DNA of 64,000 bases from Gemmatimonadota bacterium (GTDB lineage: Bacteria > Gemmatimonadota > Gemmatimonadetes > Gemmatimonadales > Gemmatimonadaceae). Shown piece by piece: positions 18,503 to 28,204 of this stretch. The notes below the pieces were generated by a model. The model worked only from the letters and a program-made list of their open reading frames with translations, was not told the origin of the DNA and did no database searches. Within the stretch, counting starts at the first letter, position 1. Each line of letters starts with the position of its first letter. The stretch lies in contig JAZJZK010000005.1 of the NCBI GenBank assembly GCA_040389905.1, positions 64,001 to 128,000 on the forward strand. The letters are read 5' to 3'. The position numbers were made by a program, and so were the translations under genes.

Positions 18503-21217
18503 ATGTCACGCAACGGTCCGGTAGTGGACACCGTGACGCGTCCAAGCCCTGTCTCCTCAGCATCGGTTGATCCACGCGAATCCTCCAGCGGCCTGTCGCG
18601 CCCCCGTGGATCGAGCATTCAACTGCGCTTATTGACGCTCGTCACGGCAGTCGCTCTGCCGCAGATGTTCTTTTCGATCATCCAGGTGCGCCGCGCCGAC
18701 AAACACGCTCGGGAGAACGCCGAGCAAGTAGCGCTTCAGCTCGCGCAACGGGTGGCGACACGCGTCGACGATCACATCAGTGTGGCCGACGCACTCCTCG
18801 TTACGCTGACGCGCGTCGTTCGCACACAAAAGGGCGGACGTGATCTCAATGACGCACTCCTGGCCTCCGTTGCGCGCGATCTCGGCAACCGCTTCATCAA
18901 TCTCGGTGTCATCGACACGACCGGGCTGGAAATCGGCCTTTCCAACCCTGATCGCCGGTCGAGCAATATCAGAATCAGTGACCGGCTCTACTTCAAACAA
19001 GCGCTCGCGACACGCGGCCTCGGCATTGGCGATCCGATGGTTGGGCGAGTGACCAATCAGTCCGCGCTGGGCATCGGACGCGCGGTGCTCGATAACGAGG
19101 GAACACCCATCGGCGTTGTGGTCGCCACGACACGGCTCAAACAAATCCGCGACCTGCTCATTCCGGATAGCCTGCCCACCGAAGCCGTCGTGACGGTCGT
19201 CAACGAGCGCGGCCTCATCCTCGCCCACACGCAGAATGGCGACGCGTGGCTCGGCAGGAATGTGTCGGAGTTTCCAGCGACGTTCGGAACTGCCACCGAC
19301 CGACAGGGCGTGAAGGAACTCAACGGACTCGATGGAGTGACTCGCTTATCCGGCTACGCCACGGCGACGCGCGCGCCATGGCGCGTGTACGTCGGCATTC
19401 CGAAGGACGTCGTCCTGCAGGCAGTTCACGAGGAGGAGCACGAGGAAACGGTCCTCGCCGTTTTCTCACTCCTCATCACGTTCGGTCTCGCGTGGTGGCT
19501 GGCACGGAGCATATCCGAACCCGTCATCGCACTGACTGCGGATGCCGACGAATTCGCGTCGGGGAACCTGTCCCACCGTTCGCATGTCGACGCCCGCGGC
19601 GAGCTTGGCCAGCTCGCGGAAACGTTCAACCGCATGGCCACCACGCTTCAGCGCCGGAGCAACGAGCTCTCCGAAAGTGAGCGCAGGTACCGAATTCTCT
19701 TCGACGCGCTGCCGCTCCCCATGTGGGTGTATGACGTCCGGAGCTTTCGCATTCTGGCCGTCAATGAGTCCGCTGTCGAGCGGTACGGATACTCGCGTGA
19801 GGAATTCCTTGCGCTGACGATGCTTGATATCCACCCGGCCGATGAAGCCGAACGTCTCACTGCCTTGGTACGCTCCACATCGCGTGTTCGCGTTCAGGGT
19901 GAGCCCTGGCGCCAACGCACGCGCCATGGCGAACTGCTCGACGTCGAAGTGACGGCCGACGACTTCAACGTTGGCACCGAGCGCACGCGGCTGGTCGTCG
20001 CCATCGACGTGACCACCCGCAATCGGACGGAAGCCGCACTCCGCGCGTCGCAGGAACAGCTGCGGCAATCACAGAAAATGGAAGCGGTCGGGAGTCTCGC
20101 CGGCGGCATCGCGCACGATTTCAACAATCTCCTCACGGCGATCCTCGGCTATTGTGACCTCGCGCTGGAAGTCGCGGAACCGGACAGTCCCATGTGCGAC
20201 GACGTGCACGAAATCCGCCGTGCCGCACGCCGCGCCGCGGAGCTCACGCACCAGTTGCTCGCGTTCAGCCGACGGCAGATGCTCAAGCCGACGGTCTTCG
20301 AGCTCAATAGCGCCGTGGAAGGAACCGAGAAAATCCTCCGGCGCCTCATACCCGAGAGCATCGTGCTCGACCTGTCGCTCGCGGCGGAATCACCGCTCGT
20401 GCGCGCAGACCCATCGCAGGTCGAGCAGGTGATCCTGAACCTGGCGGTCAATGCGCGCGATGCCATGCCGCGCGGGGGACGACTCATGCTCGCCACCGGC
20501 GAGAGCTCGTTTACACGTTCACAGGCGGTGGCTGGTGGTACGCTGCCGCCCGGCCGGTATGCCACGCTCAGCGTGATGGACACCGGAACGGGCATCACCG
20601 CGGAAGTCCGTGAGCGCCTGTTCGAGCCCTTCTTCACCACGAAGGAACGCGGTCAGGGGACGGGGCTCGGCCTCGCGACCGTCTACGGAATCGTGCAGCA
20701 GAGCGAGGGCGGCGTCGACGTGCAGTCCGTCCCCGGCGACGGTGCAACCTTCACCGTCTATTTCCCCATCGCCGAGGCGCCCATCCCGGTGCCCGTAGTG
20801 CAACGGCAGCTGGCGCAGAGTGCGCGCGGTGAGGGAATGATCCTCCTCGCGGAAGACGACGATGCGGTTCGCGCCATCGCTCACACCACACTCGAGCGCG
20901 CGGGCTACCGCGTGCTCAGTGCCAACGACGGTTTGAGCGCACTCCAGATCGCGGAGTCGTATCGCGGCGCCATCGATCTCCTCCTGACGGATGTCATCAT
21001 GCCAAGCATGAACGGACGGGAACTCGCCGAGGCGCTGACGCTACTTCGGCCGGGGCTCCCGGTACTGTTCGTCTCGGGATACACGGACAATGTGCTGTCG
21101 GACCTCGGGCTGCCATCCGTCGACCACGCTCTCCTGGACAAACCGTTCACTCCCGCATCACTCACCGCCGCAGTGGCAGCCATCCTCGGCGCGGCGAAGA
21201 CGAGCGGCGTCGCATGA
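18503..21217 (+). CDS. Hybrid sensor kinase (Cache-HAMP-PAS-HisKA-HATPase-REC)
   Basis: Two TMs, HAMP (ELGQLAETFNRM), PAS, AHDFNN, FFTTKERGQGTGLGL, REC (EDD, TDVIMP, KPF). Start may be GTG ~18533. Confidence 0.95.
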   Translation: MSRNGPVVDTVTRPSPVSSASVDPRESSSGLSRPRGSSIQLRLLTLVTAVALPQMFFSIIQVRRADKHARENAEQVALQLAQRVATRVDDHISVADALLVTLTRVVRTQKGGRDLNDALLASVARDLGNRFINLGVIDTTGLEIGLSNPDRRSSNIRISDRLYFKQALATRGLGIGDPMVGRVTNQSALGIGRAVLDNEGTPIGVVVATTRLKQIRDLLIPDSLPTEAVVTVVNERGLILAHTQNGDAWLGRNVSEFPATFGTATDRQGVKELNGLDGVTRLSGYATATRAPWRVYVGIPKDVVLQAVHEEEHEETVLAVFSLLITFGLAWWLARSISEPVIALTADADEFASGNLSHRSHVDARGELGQLAETFNRMATTLQRRSNELSESERRYRILFDALPLPMWVYDVRSFRILAVNESAVERYGYSREEFLALTMLDIHPADEAERLTALVRSTSRVRVQGEPWRQRTRHGELLDVEVTADDFNVGTERTRLVVAIDVTTRNRTEAALRASQEQLRQSQKMEAVGSLAGGIAHDFNNLLTAILGYCDLALEVAEPDSPMCDDVHEIRRAARRAAELTHQLLAFSRRQMLKPTVFELNSAVEGTEKILRRLIPESIVLDLSLAAESPLVRADPSQVEQVILNLAVNARDAMPRGGRLMLATGESSFTRSQAVAGGTLPPGRYATLSVMDTGTGITAEVRERLFEPFFTTKERGQGTGLGLATVYGIVQQSEGGVDVQSVPGDGATFTVYFPIAEAPIPVPVVQRQLAQSARGEGMILLAEDDDAVRAIAHTTLERAGYRVLSANDGLSALQIAESYRGAIDLLLTDVIMPSMNGRELAEALTLLRPGLPVLFVSGYTDNVLSDLGLPSVDHALLDKPFTPASLTAAVAAILGAAKTSGVA

Positions 21218-21837
21218 AGCCTGGACGGGGGTGGGTTGCCGTGCAGGAAGAGTTGCTCCGTGGAATCGTGCATTCGCTGAACAACAGGATCACTTCGATG
21301 ACCGCATTCGTCGAAATGGCCGACGGCGGAGTGTCAGCAGCCGAGCAGGACATGATGCGGAACGAGCTGAAGCGGACTCAGAAAGTGGGTAGCTTCGTTG
21401 GCGCGCTCGCCACCCGCGCGGTAGAGCCGGAGGCGCTGGAGATCAGACCCGTCCTCGATCTCGCGCTCGAGATCCACCGACACCATCCGCACATCCATGC
21501 GCTCGAGTGCACGATCGAGGAGGCAGGCCCCCTGCTTCCCGTTCGCGTTCCGCGTTGGGCGCTCTTGCGGCTCCTGATTCTCCTCATCGAATACGCGAAG
21601 CGCGAAGACGACGCCGGGTCACGCTCGGTCGTCGTCAGGCTGTCTGGAGAGGAATCAGTCGTGCGGGTACACGTGTCGGCGCTACAGGTGCCACACAGCG
21701 ACGCCGCCGACCTCGCCACCGCGTGCGGCGGCCGGATCGTTTCCGGCGGCGACGACGTCACGGTGGAGTTGCCGTCGCTCATCGAGGTCAGGCGCCGTGA
21801 GAAGCTCGCGGCTGGCAGCGGAGCGACGAATCGCTGA
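21214..21837 (+). CDS. Degenerate histidine-kinase-like protein
   Basis: ATGA overlap with the upstream kinase; H-box-like LRGIVHSLNNR; no recognisable G1/G2 boxes. Confidence 0.7.
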   Translation: MKPGRGWVAVQEELLRGIVHSLNNRITSMTAFVEMADGGVSAAEQDMMRNELKRTQKVGSFVGALATRAVEPEALEIRPVLDLALEIHRHHPHIHALECTIEEAGPLLPVRVPRWALLRLLILLIEYAKREDDAGSRSVVVRLSGEESVVRVHVSALQVPHSDAADLATACGGRIVSGGDDVTVELPSLIEVRRREKLAAGSGATNR

Positions 21838-21848
21838 GTGGCGCTCGT

Positions 21849-22616
21849 TCAGGCACTCGCCGCCAACGGGTACATCACTTCACGCAACGCGCTCAGCGCC
21901 TTCGACCGGATCTGTGACACGCGAGACTCGCTGATATTGAGTACCTCGGCGATTTCCCGCGCGTTCAGTTCCTCGAAATAGTAGAGGGAGAGAACGGTCC
22001 GCTGCTGATCCTTCAAGCCGAGGATCGCCTCGCGAAGGGCGGCGACTTCCTCCTCATGCTCCATCCGCTCATCCGCACCATCGGCCGTCGATCGCAGGAA
22101 CTCGATTGGCGACGGCCCTGCCTCATCTCGGTCGCCCTCTGCGGCATGCAGCGAGATCTGCACCGTCCGCTCCACGTCCGCCTGCCAACGCCACAGCGTG
22201 TCCGTTGGAATTCCAATCTGCCGCGCGACTTCCGCGTCCGTCGGCGCGCGGCCCAATGTGCGCATCACCTGCTCACGTGCCTGTGCGATGTCGCGCGTCT
22301 TTCGGCGAATCGAGCGCGGGACGTGATCCTGCCGGCGAAGCTCGTCCAGGATCGCACCACGTATGCGCGGGACCGCGTAGGTGCTGAAGGCGAGACCACG
22401 GCTCGGGTCGAAGGATTCGAGCGCCGCCATCAGCCCAAGCGTGCCGATATTCACCATTTCATCCGGGTCCGCATCCGCCGACAGGCTACGGCTCAACTGC
22501 TTGGCCACGTAGTGAACCAAGCTCAGGTTGTCCTGAAGCAAAGAATCGCGCGCCGCGACATCTCCAGCGGCGCAGGCGGCCCAACGTTGCGAGTTATCCA
22601 CAAACGACTCCGGCAT
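21849..22616 (-). CDS. fliA: FliA/WhiG family sigma-28 factor
   Basis: FDPSRGLAFSTYAVPRIRGAILDELRRQDHVPRS, LYYFEEL and SESRVSQI. Confidence 0.93.
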   Translation of the reverse strand: MPESFVDNSQRWAACAAGDVAARDSLLQDNLSLVHYVAKQLSRSLSADADPDEMVNIGTLGLMAALESFDPSRGLAFSTYAVPRIRGAILDELRRQDHVPRSIRRKTRDIAQAREQVMRTLGRAPTDAEVARQIGIPTDTLWRWQADVERTVQISLHAAEGDRDEAGPSPIEFLRSTADGADERMEHEEEVAALREAILGLKDQQRTVLSLYYFEELNAREIAEVLNISESRVSQIRSKALSALREVMYPLAASA

Positions 22617-22685
22617 CGGAGGTAATGCGCCCGTGGGGAGGAAGGGGCGCGAGAATGGCGAGGTGAGCGTCTGCCATCTGCTAAG

Positions 22686-22700
22686 GCACGGTAGGGGCCA
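22686..22700 (-). promoter_or_regulatory. Putative sigma54 -24/-12 promoter of fliA
   Basis: TGGCCCCTACCGTGC (GG-N10-GC), 70 bp upstream of the ATG. Confidence 0.6.
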
Positions 22701-22846
22701 CGTTGCCGCGCAGAAAAAACGCCCGATTCCGGAGCCGGATCGGGCGAGCAATACTGCGCATAAATTGTTGTCCTATAACGACTTCAATGTAAACAAACGT
22801 CTACTTACGCGCAGCGTCCTGCGCAAAGAATTCTAAGCGAACAGCT

Positions 22847-22878
22847 AGGCAATTATTGCCGCCCGGCAATTTCTGCCG
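22847..22878. promoter_or_regulatory. Tandem ftr-like enhancer palindromes
   Basis: AGGCAATTATTGCCG (22847-22861) and CGGCAATTTCTGCCG (22864-22878), about 150-180 bp upstream of the sigma54 site. Confidence 0.65.
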
Positions 22879-22908
22879 AGCATTTTCAGCTTGAGCTGCA
22901 GATTCTGC

Positions 22909-24333
22909 CTACTCGGAGCCAGCTTCCGAAACAGGCCGGTTGAGCTTTGAACGAAGCGTTCGAACGCTCATGCCGAGCAGTTCTGCCGCGCGCGTCCTGT
23001 TGCCGTCGGCAATCTGAAGGGCACGAGCGATCAGCAACTGTTCGGCCTCTTCGACGTTGAGCGAGGTCAGCACCACCGCGCCTGGTGGCACGCGCTCGCC
23101 GGATGCCGTGCTCCCGATCGCGACGGTCGCGCGGGCGGGCGTTGGTCCGCTCGTGCTGCGCGATAGGCCAAAACGGACGCGGTCGAACGCGTGCGCCTGG
23201 ATGATGGGTTCGGGCGACAGGATGATGGCGCGCTCGACAGCATGCTGCAGCTCGCGAACGTTTCCGGGCCAGTCATACTCCTGGAGCAGCGCGATCGCGT
23301 CCGCCGTGAAGCCGTGGAACTCCTTGCCCATCTCCGCCGCCGTCCGCACCGCGAATCGCTGGGCAAGCAGGGGAATGTCCTGACGTCGCTCACGCAGCGG
23401 TGGGATGAAGATCGGAAGGACGCTCAACCGGAAGAAAAGATCCTGGCGGAAGTGGCCGGCCGCCGAGTACGGCGCGAGGTCGCGATTGGTTGTCGCGATA
23501 ATCCGCACATCGACCTTGATCGGGTGTGAGCCACCAACGCGCTCGAATTCCTGCTCCTGCAATACACGCAACAGCTTCGATTGCAGGTCGAGTCGCATCT
23601 CACTGATTTCGTCGAGCAACAGTGTACCGTGATGTGCCCGCTCGAACGCGCCTTCGACCCTCTTGATTGCCCCGGTGAAGGCGCCCTTCTCATGGCCGAA
23701 CAGCGCGCTCTCGATCAGCCCTTCCGGCAACGCGGCGCAGTTCAGCATGACGAATGGCTTGTCGCGGCGATCGCTCGCGTCGTGAATGGCGCGTGCGAAC
23801 AGTTCCTTTCCCGTCCCGGACTCTCCCTGCAGCAGCACCGCGGCGCGTGTGGGGGCAGCGGTGATCACCGTCTCCAGCAGCCGTCGAATCTGGGGCGCTT
23901 CGCCAACGATCACACGTTCGTTGCGGAACTCCATGACCTCTCGCCGCAACAAACTGTTTTCTCGACGGAGCCTGACCACCTCGAGTGCCTGCGACACCGC
24001 GAGTTCCAGCTGCTCCGGGCTCACCGGCTTCGTGATGTAGTCGATCGCACCCGCCTTGATCGATGCGACGGCATGCTCGATCGTTGCGAAGCCGGTCAGC
24101 ATGATCAGCGGAACGGTGTAGCCCTCCTGCTTGAGGAGCTCGAGGAAGTCGAGCCCGCTCAAGTCCGGCATGCGATAGTCCGATATGATCAGGTCGATCG
24201 TATGCTCGGCGAGTGCCTGCAGCGCCTGCGGCACATTCTGCGCTCCGATTGCCTTGTGGCCTGCTCGCTCGAGCGTGTCTTCGAGGATCAGGCCAATGGC
24301 TGGTTCGTCATCGAGGTACAGAATCGTGGCCAT
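22909..24333 (-). CDS. Sigma54-dependent response regulator (REC-AAA+-HTH; NtrC/FleR/FlbD-like)
   Basis: REC domain, GESGTGKE, GAFTGA, WPGNVREL and Fis-type HTH NRTRAAELLG. Confidence 0.95.
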   Translation of the reverse strand: MATILYLDDEPAIGLILEDTLERAGHKAIGAQNVPQALQALAEHTIDLIISDYRMPDLSGLDFLELLKQEGYTVPLIMLTGFATIEHAVASIKAGAIDYITKPVSPEQLELAVSQALEVVRLRRENSLLRREVMEFRNERVIVGEAPQIRRLLETVITAAPTRAAVLLQGESGTGKELFARAIHDASDRRDKPFVMLNCAALPEGLIESALFGHEKGAFTGAIKRVEGAFERAHHGTLLLDEISEMRLDLQSKLLRVLQEQEFERVGGSHPIKVDVRIIATTNRDLAPYSAAGHFRQDLFFRLSVLPIFIPPLRERRQDIPLLAQRFAVRTAAEMGKEFHGFTADAIALLQEYDWPGNVRELQHAVERAIILSPEPIIQAHAFDRVRFGLSRSTSGPTPARATVAIGSTASGERVPPGAVVLTSLNVEEAEQLLIARALQIADGNRTRAAELLGMSVRTLRSKLNRPVSEAGSE

Positions 24334-24364
24334 TCAGACGGCAGATGTTGTGAGACGTTCGCTT

Positions 24365-24510
24365 CGTCGCCCTGAGCGGAGCGAGGGGGCTACACCTCGC
24401 CTGTCTAAGCTACTCTGCATCCTGAGACTGGCGAGCCAATCCTTGTTCTGTTCAACTGCTCATGAAGCAAGATCAACGGTGCAGATCCCTCGACTTCGCG
24501 CGGGATGACA
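24365..24510. repeat. Inverted pair of REP-like palindromes
   Basis: CGTCGCCCTGAGCGGAGCGAGGGGGCTACACC...GTGCAGATCCCTCGACTTCGCGCGGGATGACA. Confidence 0.75.
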
Positions 24511-24527
24511 TCCACCGAGAATCGCAC

Positions 24528-24555
24528 TCAAGATGGTAGACAGAGATGCCGATAA
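24528..24555 (+). promoter_or_regulatory. Sigma28 promoter
   Basis: TCAAG-N15-GCCGATAA with a consensus -10 element, followed by a GGAGG RBS. Confidence 0.8.
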
Positions 24556-24573
24556 TCGAGGCGGGAGGCCAAA

Positions 24574-24786
24574 ATGACCATGACCGCAGGAGACGATGGG
24601 ACATCAGGACCGATGGAACAGCGCGTGAGCCGGCTCCGGACCATTCAACGGACCGAGGCAGGTTCGCACCTGCTATCGGCGGAGGTCGTCCTGCGTCTGC
24701 GTGAGCGGATTCGCGCGAACGTCTACGCGACGCCGAGCGTGCTGGACGAGATTGCCCGTACCATGCTTCTGGTCGGCGATATCTGA
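24574..24786 (+). CDS. FlgM-like anti-sigma28 factor (short)
   Basis: VLRLRERIRANVY...LDEIARTML resembles the FlgM C-terminal helices; sigma28 promoter and RBS upstream; fliA nearby. Confidence 0.65.
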   Translation: MTMTAGDDGTSGPMEQRVSRLRTIQRTEAGSHLLSAEVVLRLRERIRANVYATPSVLDEIARTMLLVGDI

Positions 24787-24820
24787 CGGAGTGGGTGCGT
24801 CACGCATCATCTTTGATGCA

Positions 24821-25759
24821 ATGAGCGCCACTCCAACGAATTCCCAGAAAAATCCGAGTCGCAGGGTCGTCGTGGTGTCCGGAGCAACGGGCCTGATCGG
24901 CTCCGCTCTCGTTACACACCTGCGGCAGCAAGGCCACACGGTGAGGCGGCTTGTCCGCCGACAACGCGGCGAGCGGCCCGGAGAAATTCCGTGGGACCCC
25001 GAGCGCGGCACACTGGATGCGCGCGCCATCGAGGGATGCGATGCGATCGTTCATCTCGCGGGGGCGCCAATCTCCCAACGATGGACGGCGTCGCACAAGC
25101 ACGCCATTCGCGAGAGCCGAGTGCGCGGCACGGCGACGATGGCGCGCGCAGTCGCCGAGATGGAGAGCAAGCCGCGCGTTGTGCTGAGCGGGTCGGCAAT
25201 GGGCTTCTACGGCGATCGCGGCGACGAGCTGCTGGACGAAAACTCGAGCGCAGGTTCTGGCTTCCTCGCGTCCGTCGTCCGCGACTGGGAGGCGGCCGCG
25301 GCCCCAATCGCCACGCTCGGTGTGCGACTCGTGCTCCTCCGAACGGGCCTGGTGCTGTCCCCCGACGGTGGCGCACTCGCGAAGCTGCTGCCCCCCTTCA
25401 AGCTCGGCGCCGGTGGACCGATGGGCGGCGGGAAACAGTGGATGAGCTGGATATCGCTCGCCGATCATGTACGAGCGATGGAGTACGCCATCGTGACGGA
25501 CGGCGTCCACGGCCCAGTCAACCTCGCGTCTCCGGCACCTGTTACGAACGAGACGTTCGCTCATGTGCTCGGACGCGTGTTGAGCCGGCCCGCCATCATT
25601 CCCCTGCCCGCCTTTGCCCTCGAACTGATGTTCGGCGAAATGGCGCGCGAGACGATACTGGCCGGTCAGCGACTGACGCCTCGCGCGCTGACCACGGCGG
25701 GTTTTCGCTTCGAGCATCCCGATCTCGAACCGGCGCTGCGTGATCTTCTTGCGCACTAA
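24821..25759 (+). CDS. TIGR01777/YfcH-like NAD-dependent epimerase family protein
   Basis: SGATGLIG, HLAGAPI, SAMGFYG and GKQWMSWISLAD. Confidence 0.92.
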   Translation: MSATPTNSQKNPSRRVVVVSGATGLIGSALVTHLRQQGHTVRRLVRRQRGERPGEIPWDPERGTLDARAIEGCDAIVHLAGAPISQRWTASHKHAIRESRVRGTATMARAVAEMESKPRVVLSGSAMGFYGDRGDELLDENSSAGSGFLASVVRDWEAAAAPIATLGVRLVLLRTGLVLSPDGGALAKLLPPFKLGAGGPMGGGKQWMSWISLADHVRAMEYAIVTDGVHGPVNLASPAPVTNETFAHVLGRVLSRPAIIPLPAFALELMFGEMARETILAGQRLTPRALTTAGFRFEHPDLEPALRDLLAH

Positions 25760-26684
25760 GCTCGTCCACGGCCGCGAATTCGGCACGCTGGCCGGCCTCG
25801 TGACCCTCTGCGCCGGGCTGTGGACGGCCACCCCGCACTTCGCGACCCTGTCGAATCTCAGCAACGTCGTGGAGCAGAGTACCATCATCGGTATCGTCGC
25901 CGTAGGCATGACGTTCGTCATTCTCAGCGGAGGCATCGACCTGTCCGTCGGTTCGATCGTGGCGCTCGCCGGTGTCGTACTGGGCTCGGCAATTCACGGG
26001 GGCGCACCGGTGTGGTTGGCGGTGGTCGCGGCGCTCGCCGTCGGCAGCGCCTGCGGCCTGGTGAACGGCGCTCTCATAACCATCGGCAGGCTTCCACCGT
26101 TCATTGCAACGCTCGGCATGATGAGTGTCGCGCGAGGCGGGGCGCTGCTCTTCACGGACGGGCGGCCGATCTCGGAGTTCCCGCAGGGGCTACGTTCCGT
26201 GGCCACCGGGCACGTGCTTCGAGTGCCGATGCCTGTGCTGTTGATGCTCGCCGTGTACCTCGTGGCACACGTCGTCCTGAAACGAACGACGCTCGGTCGC
26301 TACACCTACGCGATCGGCGGCAACGAGGAAGCGGCCCGACTCTCCGGCGTGAACGTTCGCGCATGGAAAACGGCGGTGTACGCAGTCAGCGGGTTGTTCG
26401 GTGCCCTCACGTCCGTCGTGCTGGTGGCGCGGCTGAATTCCGCGCAACCGATTGCCGGGACGTCGTACGAGCTCGATGCCATCGCCGCCGTGGTGATCGG
26501 CGGCGCCAGTCTGCTCGGCGGTGTCGGTTCTGTCTTCGGGACCTTGATCGGAGCGCTCATCATGAGCGTGCTGCGCAATGGTCTTAACCTGCTCGGGGTA
26601 TCGTCGTACCTTCAGCAGGTGGCGATTGGGGTGGTCATCGTCGTTGCGGTTTTGGTGGACATTGGGGTGCGGCGGCAACGCTAG
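25740..26684 (+). CDS. rbsC: Ribose-type ABC transporter permease
   Basis: [28 protein letters not shown] and [13 protein letters not shown]. Confidence 0.88.
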   Translation: MIFLRTKLVHGREFGTLAGLVTLCAGLWTATPHFATLSNLSNVVEQSTIIGIVAVGMTFVILSGGIDLSVGSIVALAGVVLGSAIHGGAPVWLAVVAALAVGSACGLVNGALITIGRLPPFIATLGMMSVARGGALLFTDGRPISEFPQGLRSVATGHVLRVPMPVLLMLAVYLVAHVVLKRTTLGRYTYAIGGNEEAARLSGVNVRAWKTAVYAVSGLFGALTSVVLVARLNSAQPIAGTSYELDAIAAVVIGGASLLGGVGSVFGTLIGALIMSVLRNGLNLLGVSSYLQQVAIGVVIVVAVLVDIGVRRQR

Positions 26685-26690
26685 AAACAA

Positions 26691-26888
26691 CTGACGTACG
26701 AGGTACCCGGTACCTCGTACTCGGACTGGCATACCGGCCAAGAGGAGCCATCGAAAGTGGCGTTGCAGATCTCCGGTTTGAACACCGCGTACTTTGTACG
26801 AAAGGTCTTACTGCGTTAGCGGGATCGATGGCTCTTTTTGGCTCGAATGCCAGTCAGGATACCCAGTTCCGGGTACCTCGTACGTCAG
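26691..26888. mobile_element. MITE-like element with terminal inverted repeats, copy 2 (198 bp)
   Basis: CTGACGTACGAGGTACCCGG...CCGGGTACCTCGTACGTCAG; an extra partial end GACGTACGTCAG lies at 26907-26918. Confidence 0.8.
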
Positions 26889-26939
26889 TGGGTGTATTTG
26901 GTACGGGACGTACGTCAGTTCGCCCTTAGCCCAACAAGA

Positions 26940-27869
26940 ATGCGCTTCAGAAACCTCGCACTGTCGGCACTGGTACTCGCCGTTGCCTGCAACCGCGGCT
27001 CCGAAGGCGAGAAGGCCGCAGCCAAGCCTGTCGTCGCCCTCGTGGTCAAGACGCTCAACAACGCCTTCTTCATCGAGATGGAGAAGGGCGCCCGCGCCGC
27101 GGCCGACAGTTTGGGCGTCGAACTCATCGTCCAGGCTCCCGAGCGCGAAGTCGACGTCGAGAAGCAGATGCAGATCGTCGAGAATCTCATCGAGCGGCAC
27201 GTGGCGGTCCTCGCGCTCGTTCCGAATGGCTCCCGCGAAATCGTTCCCGCCGTCCTCAAGGCCAACGCCGCCAAGATCCCCGTGGTCACCGTGGACACGC
27301 GCGTGGACTCCACGACACTCGCGGCCGCGGGAGGCACGATCGCGACCTTCATCGGGTCGGACAATCTGGACGGCGGCCGCATCGCCGGAGAATTCCTCGC
27401 GCGCGCGCTCGCCGGAAAGGGCAAAGTTGGTGTGCTCGAGGGTGTTCCCGGCCACGAGACGGCGGACTCCCGCCTCCGTGGCTTTCGCGAGGCGATCGCG
27501 AAGTATCCCGGCATGTCCATCGTGGTCTCACAAACAGCCAACGCCGAGCGCGATCAGGCCTTCAACGTGATGCAGAACATTCTGCAGGCGCATCGTGACG
27601 TTCAGGCGATGTTCGCCATCAACGACGTCATGGCGCTGGGTGCCGTGGAGGCGATCGCGGCAGCCGGCCGGACAAAGGACGTCAGGGTGGTGGGCTTCGA
27701 CGCCCAGGATGACGCCCGAACGGCCATCACCGACGGGCGAATGGCGGCGACGATTGCCCAGAATCCCCGCGAAATGGGCCGCACGGCCATCATCTCGGCC
27801 TGGAGGCTTCTGCACGGCGAGACACTACCCCGGGAGCAGCCGGTGAAAATCGAGTTGGTGGACCACTAA
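26940..27869 (+). CDS. rbsB: Ribose-type sugar-binding lipoprotein
   Basis: Lipobox AVAC, KTLNNAFF, IGSDN, NDVMALGA and VGFD; substrate not provable from sequence. Confidence 0.82.
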   Translation: MRFRNLALSALVLAVACNRGSEGEKAAAKPVVALVVKTLNNAFFIEMEKGARAAADSLGVELIVQAPEREVDVEKQMQIVENLIERHVAVLALVPNGSREIVPAVLKANAAKIPVVTVDTRVDSTTLAAAGGTIATFIGSDNLDGGRIAGEFLARALAGKGKVGVLEGVPGHETADSRLRGFREAIAKYPGMSIVVSQTANAERDQAFNVMQNILQAHRDVQAMFAINDVMALGAVEAIAAAGRTKDVRVVGFDAQDDARTAITDGRMAATIAQNPREMGRTAIISAWRLLHGETLPREQPVKIELVDH

Positions 27870-27874
27870 GCGTC

Positions 27875-27900
27875 GAAACCTTCCGTGCCCTTCGCTCGTC
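27875..27900 (+). promoter_or_regulatory. Possible ECF-sigma promoter
   Basis: GAAAC-N17-CGTC, about 50 bp upstream of the ORF at 27950. Confidence 0.35.
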
Positions 27901-27949
27901 GTGTGGGTACAACGAAGGTGCGCCGAGTCGCGCCGGAGAAATACAATCA

Positions 27950-28204
27950 ATGGGTGCCATCATAGTTGAAGGGGTGCTATTCGTCGCGCTGATCGCGACG
28001 GGCGGCGCCCTTCTTTATTGGGCCATACTCTACTTCACACCAGCGGGCGTCCGACTCCGTCAGACGCAGAACAGGATACAACTCGAGCGCATGGCCGAGC
28101 TGGTGTGTCCCATCCACGGCCTGCGCACAGAAGACCAACTGGTACGTCTCGCGAACGGAGAGCGGATGTGCCCTGACTGTTACAAGGAGACACTCCATGG
28201 GTAG
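27950..28204 (+). CDS. Small membrane protein with C-terminal zinc finger
   Basis: GGAGA RBS, one TM helix, CPIH-x15-CPDC; overlaps the SPFH start. Confidence 0.8.
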   Translation: MGAIIVEGVLFVALIATGGALLYWAILYFTPAGVRLRQTQNRIQLERMAELVCPIHGLRTEDQLVRLANGERMCPDCYKETLHG

